64,000 nt of DNA from Promethearchaeati archaeon (GTDB taxonomy: Archaea; Asgardarchaeota; Heimdallarchaeia; JABLTI01), in the NCBI GenBank assembly GCA_013166835.1, contig JABLTI010000001.1, positions 1 through 64,000 of the forward strand, in the 5' to 3' direction. Positions 28,583 to 39,129 of the stretch are shown one piece after another (position 1 is the stretch's first letter; the number at the start of each line of letters is the position of its first letter). The notes beneath the pieces were generated by a model. That model was not told the DNA's origin. It saw nothing but the letters and a program-made list of their open reading frames with translations, and ran no database searches. Both the position numbers and the translations under genes were made by a program.

Positions 28583-30478
28583 CTAATCATTCTTGACTAT
28601 CGGTTTAAGGTGTTCCAAAGACAGTTTTAACTGGAAGCTTTTCTCTGTTTTTAATGTATCACTTACAAGTTTTATTTTTTCTGAGTCTTCTTTCAAAGCA
28701 AAGAATAAACGCAAAGTAATTTCTAAATCGATTATATGGAGTATAAATTTGTACAAATGATTCTTCCTTTTAATGAAATCATTGAAGAGCTTCATTGTTT
28801 TCGCTTTATCCAAGATATTCCAAATAATTGCTTCATCACTTAGCAAATCTAAGATCATTTCATAATAACTTCCTCGTTTTCGCATCCATTCAAAATAAGG
28901 AACAGAGGAATATCTTGGTAGTAATGGCAATCTGAATAATGATTCGAAAAATTGTAGAGATTTAAATCCAAATTGAATAAACCAGGAAGCAAACAAACGA
29001 TTATACCAAATTAACGATGTTGTTGGATACTCTGCGAGTTCCTTATTTAAATGCTTAAGAGTTAAAAGCTCCAATTTTCGTTTCTTTCTTAGTTTAGGAT
29101 GTACTTTGAGGTAACTAGATATTATTTCTGGATGCGTGTATGGAACATTAACAGAAGCTAAATGACTAAAAGATTTAGATGCTCCCAACATGTAGCCACG
29201 AGCTCTTGTTTGAGTTAAGAGATATTCTAACCCTAAAGATTCGTTATCAATTTCCCATAAAAGATTTCTTTGTTCTTGCATGCCTTGCTCCAAAATCTTT
29301 AGTGTTTGATCTTTTGAAGCATCGAGAATTGAATAAAATGTTTTTTTCGGGAATGCATATTCATTAGCTATTAGATTTTCAATCAAACGTCTTTCAGGTG
29401 ACTTGTATTTTCTAACCAATTTTTCAGTGTATACTAAATAATTGCCACCAAAAGGACCATCACCTAATAATCCATCAAAAAACAGTTTTTCTCCATTTAC
29501 TTTCTCGTATAAAGCATGTCTAATACTAATTACATGATTAGATAATCCTTCACAGTGCCACATATGCTTGAAGCAGTATTTGAGTACATCAGCATCGCTT
29601 ATTACTTTGTATTGATGTGGGATACCAAGTATATCTGATACGCCCTTCGCATACTTTATTTCTTTTCCATCTGAAAAACTATCAAATGTGTATGTTTCAA
29701 TGGACTTTTTCCATTTCTTGTCTGTTGCGGAAATCAATAATCTGGAGTCCAATCCACCAGATAAAAGAAAGGCTAGATTCACGTTCTCTATTGCTGCATA
29801 ATTTTTCAATTGCTTTTTTAGAAGCTCACTAATCTCTGCTGCAGTTTGATCCAAATCATCCGTTTTTACATAATCTTTTGGAAAGGCATACCAAGTTTTC
29901 CTTCGGTTGATACCGTTCTCTAATACTTCTTGTGTTTTCTTTTCCCAATTTTTAATGGTAATTTTCGAGTTTCCTGGTAACAGTCGAATTTTTTTGAAAT
30001 ATGTTTTAACTCCTAATATAGAATGACAGAAGAGGTATTCAACTAATGCATTATAGTCTAATTCATTCAAAAGCTTTAGATGCATTGCTATTAGATATTT
30101 CAAATGTGATGAAATGATTATTTTTCCATTATCTAAAGTCGCTATGTAAACAAGATGTGTGCCAAATGGATCTGTTTTTATCTCCACATCCATTGTCTTT
30201 GTATTTACTGAAATAATAGGTGAATAACTGGTTTCTTTCTTCTTTTCTTTTTGTGGTTCTTTTAGAACCAGCATTTTTTTTGTATTTATCTGGAAATTAA
30301 TTGTTGTGTCTTTTTTCTCTAACAAGAAATTATCTTTCAAAAAATCAGCAGCCAATATAACACAATTTTTCTCTTTTGAGAATTCTGTTTGCTTGAATTC
30401 CCCTAAAAACACCTTTTCAATAGCATCCCTTTTAGGGGTATTACCATCCATTGCTAGTTGTATGTAGAAATGTGTCAT
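28583..30478 (-). CDS. asparagine synthetase-like amidotransferase/ligase
   Basis: TDPFG, LSGGLDSR PP-loop, DGLLGD; no N-terminal Cys. Confidence 0.8.
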   Translation of the reverse strand: MTHFYIQLAMDGNTPKRDAIEKVFLGEFKQTEFSKEKNCVILAADFLKDNFLLEKKDTTINFQINTKKMLVLKEPQKEKKKETSYSPIISVNTKTMDVEIKTDPFGTHLVYIATLDNGKIIISSHLKYLIAMHLKLLNELDYNALVEYLFCHSILGVKTYFKKIRLLPGNSKITIKNWEKKTQEVLENGINRRKTWYAFPKDYVKTDDLDQTAAEISELLKKQLKNYAAIENVNLAFLLSGGLDSRLLISATDKKWKKSIETYTFDSFSDGKEIKYAKGVSDILGIPHQYKVISDADVLKYCFKHMWHCEGLSNHVISIRHALYEKVNGEKLFFDGLLGDGPFGGNYLVYTEKLVRKYKSPERRLIENLIANEYAFPKKTFYSILDASKDQTLKILEQGMQEQRNLLWEIDNESLGLEYLLTQTRARGYMLGASKSFSHLASVNVPYTHPEIISSYLKVHPKLRKKRKLELLTLKHLNKELAEYPTTSLIWYNRLFASWFIQFGFKSLQFFESLFRLPLLPRYSSVPYFEWMRKRGSYYEMILDLLSDEAIIWNILDKAKTMKLFNDFIKRKNHLYKFILHIIDLEITLRLFFALKEDSEKIKLVSDTLKTEKSFQLKLSLEHLKPIVKND

Positions 30479-30568
30479 TAAGAGCCGCCAAATAAATTTT
30501 TAATGTAAACCTTCAAGATAAAAAATATAAAAAACTATCCCAGATAATGATTAGTAAATATCTCGGTT

Positions 30569-31804
30569 GTGTTAATATTGAACGCAAAGAAGAACAAACT
30601 AAAGCAAAATAAAAAGCAAGTGAATACAAAACCAATTGTTTTCATCACAGTAGCTTGTTCTTTTTTCATCGATCATCGAGTTAATCAAGAATTAGCAAGT
30701 CTGATAAAGAATGGTTTTTACGCTTATATTTTATCATGGGATAGAGAGCGCAAGTACTCAGACAAAGAAACTGAGAATTATTATGTAAAGAATGCTAAAC
30801 TTTTGGATGCCAATAAATTTAGTAAAATTCTTTTTCTTTTATCAGCAATTTTATTTCAATTTTTGATTGTTTTCTATGGGATTAAACTAATACGTAAACA
30901 CAAAAGAATGATTATACATGCGAATGATTTCAATACTCTAGCAGGTGTAATTTTCCTGAAAATGATATTCCCTAACAGGATTCAAGTCATCTATGATAGT
31001 CACGAGTTCACACGTTTTGTTTACAAAGAATGGTATGGTCCAATAGTTGGAAATATAGTAACAAGTCTTGAAATCAAGTTCATCAAGTATTTTGACAAGA
31101 TAATAACCGTCAGTACACCAATTAAGAAATATCTTGAGACAATCTCTAATAAAGATGTAAAGGTTATCTGGAATTATCCCACAGAAAGTTTGCTACCTAA
31201 AATATCGAAAGCTAAAGCTAAAAAGGCTCTCGGTTTAAAGGTTAATGATTTTGTATTAATTTATATTGGTACACTTAGAATAGATGTTGCATTGTTCGAG
31301 CTGATTTCTGCTGTAAGTATTTTGAAGGAAAAACAACTCACACCAAATCTCAAAATCCTAATTGTTGGGGATGGTCCCTTTCTTCATCAAATACATGAGA
31401 TGGTTGAAAAAAATCATCTTTCAGATTTTGTTAGAATTATCGGACGAGTTGAAAGAGAAAAAGCAATGAACTATTTGCGAGCTGCAGATATATCCTACAT
31501 CCTATTTTCTTTGAAAGGAATGAACACTAAAATTGGTATGCCTTGGAAACTATTTGAAAGCTTGTTAAATGAAACTCGCGTTTTAACTATGACTGATACT
31601 TATGCTGCTCATTTCGCTAAGAAGTACAATGTAGGATATACCGTTGCATCAATCACACCGATTGAAATTGCAAACACAATTTCGACGATTTACAAACAAA
31701 AGATCAAAGATGATTTTCATATACCGCAAAAATTTGTTTGGGAAAATCAGGAAGATGAATTCATCAAAATCTACTTAGAATTAATACAAGAAAGTAAATC
31801 TTGA
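30569..31804 (+). CDS. GT4 glycosyltransferase
   Basis: DHRV..E, HANDF, YDSHE, VGDGP, PWKLFE. Confidence 0.88.
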   Translation: MLILNAKKNKLKQNKKQVNTKPIVFITVACSFFIDHRVNQELASLIKNGFYAYILSWDRERKYSDKETENYYVKNAKLLDANKFSKILFLLSAILFQFLIVFYGIKLIRKHKRMIIHANDFNTLAGVIFLKMIFPNRIQVIYDSHEFTRFVYKEWYGPIVGNIVTSLEIKFIKYFDKIITVSTPIKKYLETISNKDVKVIWNYPTESLLPKISKAKAKKALGLKVNDFVLIYIGTLRIDVALFELISAVSILKEKQLTPNLKILIVGDGPFLHQIHEMVEKNHLSDFVRIIGRVEREKAMNYLRAADISYILFSLKGMNTKIGMPWKLFESLLNETRVLTMTDTYAAHFAKKYNVGYTVASITPIEIANTISTIYKQKIKDDFHIPQKFVWENQEDEFIKIYLELIQESKS

Positions 31805-31898
31805 GTAAACAGATAATTTTTAAAATAAACCTTTATCAGAAAAAAACAATCTAGATACCTATCTAGGAAAAATTGGTTCCTTCATTGGATGTTAACTC

Positions 31899-32819
31899 AT
31901 GTTTAAGGGTAAGAAACTAGCTGTGATAATTCCAGCTTTAAACGAAGAAAGACTTATCAAAAGTACACTTTCAGGCATCCCAGATTATGTTGATAAAATA
32001 ATCGTGATAGATGATTTCTCAACTGATAAAACAGTTGATATGATTATGGAATTTGCCAAGCAAGATAAAAGAATTGAATTAATTCGACATGAAAAAACCC
32101 ACGGTGCTGGGGGAGCTATTATTTCTGGTTTTAAAATCGCCCTACAAGATGAAGATGTTGAGCTTATCAGTATTATGGATGGCGATGATCAAATGCGTCC
32201 AAAGCACCTGCCGGAATTACTTGCCCCAATAGTTGAAGGGAAAACAGAATTTACAAAAGGGAATCGTTTGAAACGAAGTCATTGGAAAGGCATGAGTAAA
32301 TTCAGATTATTTGGTAATCTCTTACTTTCTTTTCTCAACAAGAAGATCTCGGGTTATTGGGCAATAGAGGATCCTCAAAACGGTTATGTAGGGTTATCAG
32401 CTGCTTTTCTAAGAAGAATGGATCTTGATTCCTTATACAAAGGATACGCGTTTGAAAATGATTTTATGATAAAAGCAAATGTTGCAAATGTGAAGATGCA
32501 GAATGTCTTGATTCCAGCCTATTATGGTGAAGAACAATCGAAATTGAAGTATGGTCCCTTTATCACTAATACAAGCTGGCATTTGTTTAAATCGTATTAT
32601 TGGCGTTTGTGGCATAAATATATCAAAACGTTCCATATAGTTGGTATCTTAACAATTCTAGGATTTTTAGATTTAATTGGAGGTTTAATTGCAGGGGGAA
32701 TACTAGGATTCTCTCCCATTTCGATAATAGCAATTCCTTGTGCTGGTTTTGGCTTCATGCTCATAGCATTCTTTATTGATATTATAAAAGGAATAAGACT
32801 TTCAAAATCTATGAAATAA
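31899..32819 (+). CDS. GT2 glycosyltransferase (DPM1-like, C-terminal TMs)
   Basis: IPALNEE, DDFSTD, MDGDDQ, DPQNGY. Confidence 0.9.
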   Translation: MFKGKKLAVIIPALNEERLIKSTLSGIPDYVDKIIVIDDFSTDKTVDMIMEFAKQDKRIELIRHEKTHGAGGAIISGFKIALQDEDVELISIMDGDDQMRPKHLPELLAPIVEGKTEFTKGNRLKRSHWKGMSKFRLFGNLLLSFLNKKISGYWAIEDPQNGYVGLSAAFLRRMDLDSLYKGYAFENDFMIKANVANVKMQNVLIPAYYGEEQSKLKYGPFITNTSWHLFKSYYWRLWHKYIKTFHIVGILTILGFLDLIGGLIAGGILGFSPISIIAIPCAGFGFMLIAFFIDIIKGIRLSKSMK

Positions 32820-32830
32820 TGTTTTCTAAT

Positions 32831-34681
32831 TTATGGTGAATTGAAAGGTAGGAACAATACTGAAAATCCATTATCATAGATACGATGAACATATGGGTTT
32901 AATGGAATTAATTGACTAATGTCTGGATACTTCTTGATGAAGTTATCATTTTCTCCTCCATACACTGCCCAACCTACAATATATCCATCTTTATACATGA
33001 TTTGACTTGTGAAAATATAATCTATTTCCGGATAGATTTCCCAAGGAGAGGTGTTAGCTACTAGGTTTGTTCTGTTCGTTTCATTTGCCAGGAGTATCGT
33101 CGTCAGCCAACTCGCATTCCCAATTTCAAAGGTAGCTCCTAGGTTACCATAACCCTCTACAATAGCTGCCAGTCTGAAATCTGAATCGACAACAATGTTT
33201 TGTCCTTCAACCCAGGATGGGTAACTCAAGTTTTCAACAAAAATGATGAAATCAATTGCCGCAAACTCTGCTTGCCAATAAACTTCTTGTTGCCCCCAGT
33301 TGTTTTCAGGTTTTGGATACGAATAAGTTGTAGTAAGAGCCATTGCTCCAATTAAAGCAATCAAAGTCACTGCTTTCCATTTTCGTAGCTTCACTTTTTT
33401 TAGGATGTTAAATATTGCAATTGCTGGAAGCAAGGTTAATATTCCGATAATATACAATGCTAATCTTCCAAGTATGCTAGACATAATTGGGATAGCAGCT
33501 GTTACCAATATAATAGCAAATTGACTCAAAACCCAACCACGGATGACTCGACTTCTTGTTTTATTTGCTTTTGGCAAAGAAACTAATCCCAAAGCTGCTA
33601 GCGGTGGAGTAACCAGGATAGGCGTTCCAGCAAGAATGCCTGCCCAGATTGTCTGATCAGGACTTGCAGCTCCAAAAAACATTGCAAAAATAAAAATGGC
33701 AATATCACCAACGGTAGTAAAGACAATTATCGCTATGTTGATTTTCTTTCTTTCAAAATTATAGAAGAGCACTGAAAATCCAAGTGCAAGAAGGAGTAAC
33801 CCTCCAAAAATCATGATGAACGTCGTGCTGAGCGATATTCCTGCAAACAGGACAGAAAAAGCACTTTGTATAAATGAAAGAGGAAATCCATTCAAACCAA
33901 AAAACCAGTAGAGTATGACAAAAAGATCTATTGCAACCAGAATTCCGAGGTTGATCAAGATATTCTTCCAATTAGCTGTTTTTGTTTTGAAACGTCTGAA
34001 AAGCACATCATAAGGCAAGACAACATGCCAGATTGCTAGAACCATTACTGTTGTCAAATGATGAACTAAAGTAATTACCACAGTCATGAGTATCGCGAGA
34101 ACTATCATTCGAATTTCTTTACTCTCTAAATAGCGATAAAGATAGAATACCACAAAAGGCACAATTCCCAGAACGGCAACTTCAGGTGCTACATTTTGAT
34201 TTCTATAAACAATAAGACCAAAGAAAGACATAAAGAACATGGATAATAATGCTACAGTTTTCGAGCCAGTCAATCTTCTTGCTAAAACAAAGAAAATTAT
34301 AAGTTGCACTGAGCAAATTATCTGGGGAAAAACAAAAATAGCCCAAATAAACGGTTCACCATTTGTACCCAATAAATATTCTGCCATTATCAGTATAAAT
34401 GTAAATCCCGGAGGATCTCGCGCAATATCTCCTAGATTAAACCATCCTTCATAAAACACCTCACGCATATGGCGCAAGTAAAACCAACCATCATAAGCAG
34501 TTGGCATTCCTTCTCTGAAGAGTCTCCAAGCTCTAAACAAAAATCCAAATAATGTGATTAGAATTGTTAAACTAATGATTAGAAAGTCGCCTCTAGTATA
34601 ACCTCGATTTTTTCTTTTATTATCCTCTGTGAATATCGAGTTTATTCCATTGGAGTTTTTTTCAGCATTTTTTAATGCCAA
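32831..34681 (-). CDS. GT-C-like polytopic membrane protein
   Basis: AYDGWFY after TM1, PPGF, HHLT, many TMs, soluble C-terminal domain. Confidence 0.6.
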   Translation of the reverse strand: MALKNAEKNSNGINSIFTEDNKRKNRGYTRGDFLIISLTILITLFGFLFRAWRLFREGMPTAYDGWFYLRHMREVFYEGWFNLGDIARDPPGFTFILIMAEYLLGTNGEPFIWAIFVFPQIICSVQLIIFFVLARRLTGSKTVALLSMFFMSFFGLIVYRNQNVAPEVAVLGIVPFVVFYLYRYLESKEIRMIVLAILMTVVITLVHHLTTVMVLAIWHVVLPYDVLFRRFKTKTANWKNILINLGILVAIDLFVILYWFFGLNGFPLSFIQSAFSVLFAGISLSTTFIMIFGGLLLLALGFSVLFYNFERKKINIAIIVFTTVGDIAIFIFAMFFGAASPDQTIWAGILAGTPILVTPPLAALGLVSLPKANKTRSRVIRGWVLSQFAIILVTAAIPIMSSILGRLALYIIGILTLLPAIAIFNILKKVKLRKWKAVTLIALIGAMALTTTYSYPKPENNWGQQEVYWQAEFAAIDFIIFVENLSYPSWVEGQNIVVDSDFRLAAIVEGYGNLGATFEIGNASWLTTILLANETNRTNLVANTSPWEIYPEIDYIFTSQIMYKDGYIVGWAVYGGENDNFIKKYPDISQLIPLNPYVHRIYDNGFSVLFLPFNSP

Positions 34682-34706
34682 TGAACCTAACCTTCCTTTC
34701 TAATAT

Positions 34707-36230
34707 TTAGAATATCGTTATTCCCGTAAACTCACCAACTAGCAGTAGGAAAGCAAATAGCTGAGCCAGAATGATCATTATTCCTTCAAACGACGAAATC
34801 CGGTGATCATCTGACATTGATCTTTTAACAAACCAGAGTATGCCTGCTAAGGCGATAATTTGGAAGAGCATAAAACCATCTATCGGAGCAGAAACGATTG
34901 TAGCAAATAGTCCGAATATTAGTAAAGTCATTTGCAGAATACCGCCAAGAATATTTCCAAGTGCAATATCCGTTTTTCCTTTAGCAGCAGCAACAACAGC
35001 AATTCCATGTTCAGGAATAGCTCCTGCAAAGCCAACAATTAAAGCCATTAAGCCTACATGAATAGGAGTTTCGTGTAAAACAGTTTCCACAGCTGTACTA
35101 AGTAAGAAACCACCACCTGCGATTCCAGCAATACCTATAACAACTAGAACTATTGCTGCCTTCATGGATAAATGTGGACGTTCCATTGTGGGAGCATTTA
35201 GGAAAGGATTATAAATTGTTTTAGAAGCTCCAGTGTAAGTCTCTTTTATATCTGGAGCAGTAGGATCTATTATATTGATTTCTTCTGGTGTATCCAAAAT
35301 TTTTCGATGAGCATGTTCAGTTATTTCTACTTTCTCTGCTATTTTCTTCATTTCTAGCATTTTTTCGTCAAGTTTACTTCTAGTTGGTTTTGTTGCTCTC
35401 TCAGTTTCATCATATTCTTCTAGTGCTTTCGCTTCTTTACTTTTTACTATTAAATAAACAAGGTAAATGAGATAGCTAACCACCAAAGCTATTCCAGCCA
35501 TTTGTGGAAGGTCACCAGTTAATGTAGTACCTTCTTCCATCGGGAATTCACCTGCATTTAATTTCTCTATAATAGTATTAATGAATTCAACAACTGCAAC
35601 ACCAAAAGTTAGTAGCGTTGCTATGAAACCCCATCTTAACAAAACTCCTTCAGCCATAATGGTTGTTTTTTTAACCTCAATATATCCTTTCTTTCTGCCA
35701 CCAACAAGAACTATTATACCAAGAAGAATAGCATTGAAACCAGCAGCAGCTAATGTAGTATAAAATGCTGTAACAACTAAATCATGACCAACTTCTGTGC
35801 CTTTGAGTATAAACTCCCCTTTAATCAACATAATTCCCGCAGCAATAGCTTCTGGTAAATTACTTGCTAAGCTTGAAATTACTCCAGCTACATAGGCAGT
35901 AAGTCCTATTGTTCGCATAATATTGTCTAACCCATCAACTGCCCATTCACTTGGTCTGAAAGCTAACCATAACCCAAGAAGTGCTGCAGTTACTACGAAT
36001 CCTATTAGGATTCCTAATTTATTACTTTCAAATCTTGTGTTTAAAATATACATTGTAATAGTTGTTGCAAGAAGAAGTCCAATAATTAGAAATTCATACC
36101 AAGGTAACTTGATTATGGACCATAAGGTTCTTTGTTCTTGAGTTTCCTCTTCTAAAATAATCAAATCATCTATATCGATAGCTGTTTCAGTGGTCTCTTT
36201 TTTTTCTTTTCTTTTCTTCTTGTCAACCAT
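34707..36230 (-). CDS. Ca2+/cation antiporter (CaCA family)
   Basis: Alpha repeats SNLPE and GAIPEH...GNILG separated by a long hydrophilic loop. Confidence 0.85.
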   Translation of the reverse strand: MVDKKKRKEKKETTETAIDIDDLIILEEETQEQRTLWSIIKLPWYEFLIIGLLLATTITMYILNTRFESNKLGILIGFVVTAALLGLWLAFRPSEWAVDGLDNIMRTIGLTAYVAGVISSLASNLPEAIAAGIMLIKGEFILKGTEVGHDLVVTAFYTTLAAAGFNAILLGIIVLVGGRKKGYIEVKKTTIMAEGVLLRWGFIATLLTFGVAVVEFINTIIEKLNAGEFPMEEGTTLTGDLPQMAGIALVVSYLIYLVYLIVKSKEAKALEEYDETERATKPTRSKLDEKMLEMKKIAEKVEITEHAHRKILDTPEEINIIDPTAPDIKETYTGASKTIYNPFLNAPTMERPHLSMKAAIVLVVIGIAGIAGGGFLLSTAVETVLHETPIHVGLMALIVGFAGAIPEHGIAVVAAAKGKTDIALGNILGGILQMTLLIFGLFATIVSAPIDGFMLFQIIALAGILWFVKRSMSDDHRISSFEGIMIILAQLFAFLLLVGEFTGITIF

Positions 36231-36397
36231 TTCTATCTACCTTGCTCTTTCATAATAACTCAAGAGGACAAATAAAATCTTTTTGTAAGTGATTTAATTC
36301 TGACAAAATTTTCTGGTATCGAAAGATAATTAGATGGAAAGTGATAGATTATTAATCAATATTGAAGTAAAATCTTCAAGAAATAGGGGTCATATAA

Positions 36398-37138
36398 TTG
36401 GAAATTGCGGAAGATCTTGGTTTAAAAACCTACAACATCACTGCTAATCAATTGCCTTCGATAATTGTCAAGCTGTTAAAAGTAGGACGGCCATTCTATT
36501 TACCATCAGTTGATGAACTAAGTTTACCGGATATTGCTATTGATCAAGTCATTCTTGTAATAATTGATAATTTTAGTCTATATGAAGTAATTACTTACCA
36601 ACCAACTTGGATGATTAAGAATCTAGAAAACCTTTTGCTCATAGACACAGAATCCAAAATGAAATCACTTTCAGGTCCAATGCTTGAATCTACTTTTTTC
36701 AGTAAAGATAGTCTCACCTTTAATTTGCTTTCTGCTCTTAATTTCAATGGAAAACAAGTAAAGGCGATTGCTCGAAAAGAAGATATTCCCAAGATAACAA
36801 ATGAACAATCACTTGTACAAACAGAAAAATCAGATGTTAATATTTATGTGCAAGCAATTAAAGCAATAAACAGAAATGATTTACTAGTTCTACATTTTGC
36901 TGATTTCGATGAGATGTATGAAAGATATTCCATGAATCCCCCAGAGGATATTGCTTCAAAAATTATAAGACGAACTGATAAATGGCTCAATCTCTTTTGG
37001 CAACAATCAATAGATGGTACAGTTATGTTAGTAGTTGGGAATGATGGCAAGAAACCCCTTGAAATGAATCTTCAAGGACAAGCAGCTGAATGGAAAAGAG
37101 CTAATTTACCTATCGGTTTTATAAAATTTCCAAAATGA
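36398..37138 (+). CDS. hypothetical protein, degenerate alkaline-phosphatase-like fold
   Basis: VILVIIDNF, HFADFDE, IRRTDKWL and LVVGNDG resemble the AlkP/NPP core. Confidence 0.5.
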   Translation: MEIAEDLGLKTYNITANQLPSIIVKLLKVGRPFYLPSVDELSLPDIAIDQVILVIIDNFSLYEVITYQPTWMIKNLENLLLIDTESKMKSLSGPMLESTFFSKDSLTFNLLSALNFNGKQVKAIARKEDIPKITNEQSLVQTEKSDVNIYVQAIKAINRNDLLVLHFADFDEMYERYSMNPPEDIASKIIRRTDKWLNLFWQQSIDGTVMLVVGNDGKKPLEMNLQGQAAEWKRANLPIGFIKFPK

Positions 37139-37153
37139 TTTCTTTTCGTATTT

Positions 37154-38104
37154 TCATACAGTTGTTGTCAGTGCCAATATTATTATAATTAATGTAATGA
37201 CTAACGCCAGTGCTCCAATAGTTATACAGAACCATCCAAAATTCACTTTCTTTGCTAATCTCAGAAATAGTTCTATCGTAGCGAATCCTACGACTGCTGA
37301 AATTATTACCGCTAAAATCATTCCATACCATGGGATGCCTGCAAATGAATATTCTCCTTGCACTAAATCTATGATTATAATTAGAAGATTCCCACCAATG
37401 ATTGCTGGAATGCTTAGGAGAAAACTACCACGCAAAGAATCTTCTTCATTTACACCTTCAATCAACATAGTACCAATAGTTGTTCCTGATCGTGAGATTC
37501 CTGGAATTATGGCAAGACCTTGAGCTAACCCAACAATCAGCATTTCCCAATTTTTCATTTCGTAGAGAGATTTCTTTGCGGTTTTTCTTTTCGAAACTAA
37601 AATGAATATTCCAGTTGCAATCAAGAAAACACCAATAATCAATGTTATAATATCTCCACTTGCTAATCGGCCATTCGCAAAATAGAGGTCGCCTTCTTGT
37701 AGTAAAAACTTAATCACAAGAAGAAGCGGAACTCCAATAATTGCAGTTCCTGCTGTTGCTATGAGAAGGAATTTCCAGAGGATTTTCCTTTTTTCAGATT
37801 CTGTAAACTTTTCTTCCTCAACAGATTCTTCTTCTTTTTCTATTGTTTGCACTTCAGCATTCTCTTCGTTTTCTTCTTTCTTCCTTGATTTAATATTGAA
37901 AAGCAAAAAGAAATCTTTCCTGAACCGAACTAAGACGGCAAGCATTGTTCCTAGGTGGAGAAACAATGCAATTGCTACAGCATTGGTTGGGTCTCCAAAC
38001 CAGTTTAAGATAAGAACGACTTGACCTTCACTAGAAACAGGTAGCCATTCCAATAATCCTTGTACTATCGCAAGTAAAATTATAAGACCTATTCCAACCG
38101 CCAT
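37154..38104 (-). CDS. uppP: undecaprenyl-diphosphate phosphatase (BacA/UppP)
   Basis: QGLLEWLPVSSEG, HLGT, QGLAIIPGISRSG, SFLLSIP. Confidence 0.92.
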   Translation of the reverse strand: MAVGIGLIILLAIVQGLLEWLPVSSEGQVVLILNWFGDPTNAVAIALFLHLGTMLAVLVRFRKDFFLLFNIKSRKKEENEENAEVQTIEKEEESVEEEKFTESEKRKILWKFLLIATAGTAIIGVPLLLVIKFLLQEGDLYFANGRLASGDIITLIIGVFLIATGIFILVSKRKTAKKSLYEMKNWEMLIVGLAQGLAIIPGISRSGTTIGTMLIEGVNEEDSLRGSFLLSIPAIIGGNLLIIIIDLVQGEYSFAGIPWYGMILAVIISAVVGFATIELFLRLAKKVNFGWFCITIGALALVITLIIIILALTTTV

Positions 38105-38259
38105 TGCATCTGCCTTCTATTCAAAGAAAAATAGAACTAGAAATACAAAAAAGTTTTCAATCATCTAACCATAATTTATAAAACTTTCACGTTTTTAAAC
38201 AATATAGATTCAATATATATAGTCTAAAATTATACAGTAAGTATTGAGGAGATAGACTG

Positions 38260-39126
38260 ATGGCAAATGTAAAAATCGTTGCTGATTCCACTTGTGATCT
38301 TCCGATTTCAGTTATAAAAAATCTTGACATCGAAATCATCCCAGCAAATGTAATTTTTGACGATCAAATATTCTCTCATTATGAGATTAATAATGATGAA
38401 TTTTATCAGCGATTAGCAAAAGGTGAAATGCCCTCAACTGGTGTTCCTGCACCGAAGGTATTCAAAACAGCCTTTGATAATGCCCTAAAATCTTCTGATG
38501 AAGCAATTGTTTTCACCTTATCTAAGAAACTCTCTGCAATGTTTCAAACTGCTACATTGGTTGTTAAAAATTTCTTTGATGAAAGAGTTACTATTGTTGA
38601 TTCAGAAACAGTCACTTTGGAAATGGGATTAATAACCTATCTTGCAGCAAAACGGGCTAAAGAGGGAGCTACAAAAGAAGAAATATTACAAACCATAAAT
38701 GATTTTCTTATTCCAAATTCCCAATTAATTGGTGTAGTTGATACCTTAAAGTTCTTAAAAAGAAGTGGGAGAATTAGCACAATTTCTTGGTTGATTGGTT
38801 CTGTTTTGTCTATAAAACCAATTGTCCATATTGAGGATGGATTAATAAAATCACCAGGAAAAGTTCGGGGTAAAGAACATGCATTAGAAATCCTCGAGAC
38901 AGTAGCTCAAAAAATCGTTGAGAATAAAAAATCCGATTCAATTATCGTAGGACACAGTCACGATCTAGTAAGAGCACTTGAATTTGAGAAAATAATTAAA
39001 GAATTACCAGATGCCCCATCTGATATTCTGATAGGAGAGATAGGTCCAGTAGTAGGAACTCATCTTGGTCCAGGAGCAATTGGTTTTGCATGGATAGGTG
39101 ATTTTGCAGAAGAATGGATAAAATGA
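38260..39126 (+). CDS. DegV family fatty-acid-binding protein
   Basis: DSTCDL, PST, LSKKLS, VDS, L.RSGRI, IKP, THLGPG. Confidence 0.92.
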   Translation: MANVKIVADSTCDLPISVIKNLDIEIIPANVIFDDQIFSHYEINNDEFYQRLAKGEMPSTGVPAPKVFKTAFDNALKSSDEAIVFTLSKKLSAMFQTATLVVKNFFDERVTIVDSETVTLEMGLITYLAAKRAKEGATKEEILQTINDFLIPNSQLIGVVDTLKFLKRSGRISTISWLIGSVLSIKPIVHIEDGLIKSPGKVRGKEHALEILETVAQKIVENKKSDSIIVGHSHDLVRALEFEKIIKELPDAPSDILIGEIGPVVGTHLGPGAIGFAWIGDFAEEWIK

Positions 39127-39129
39127 AGT

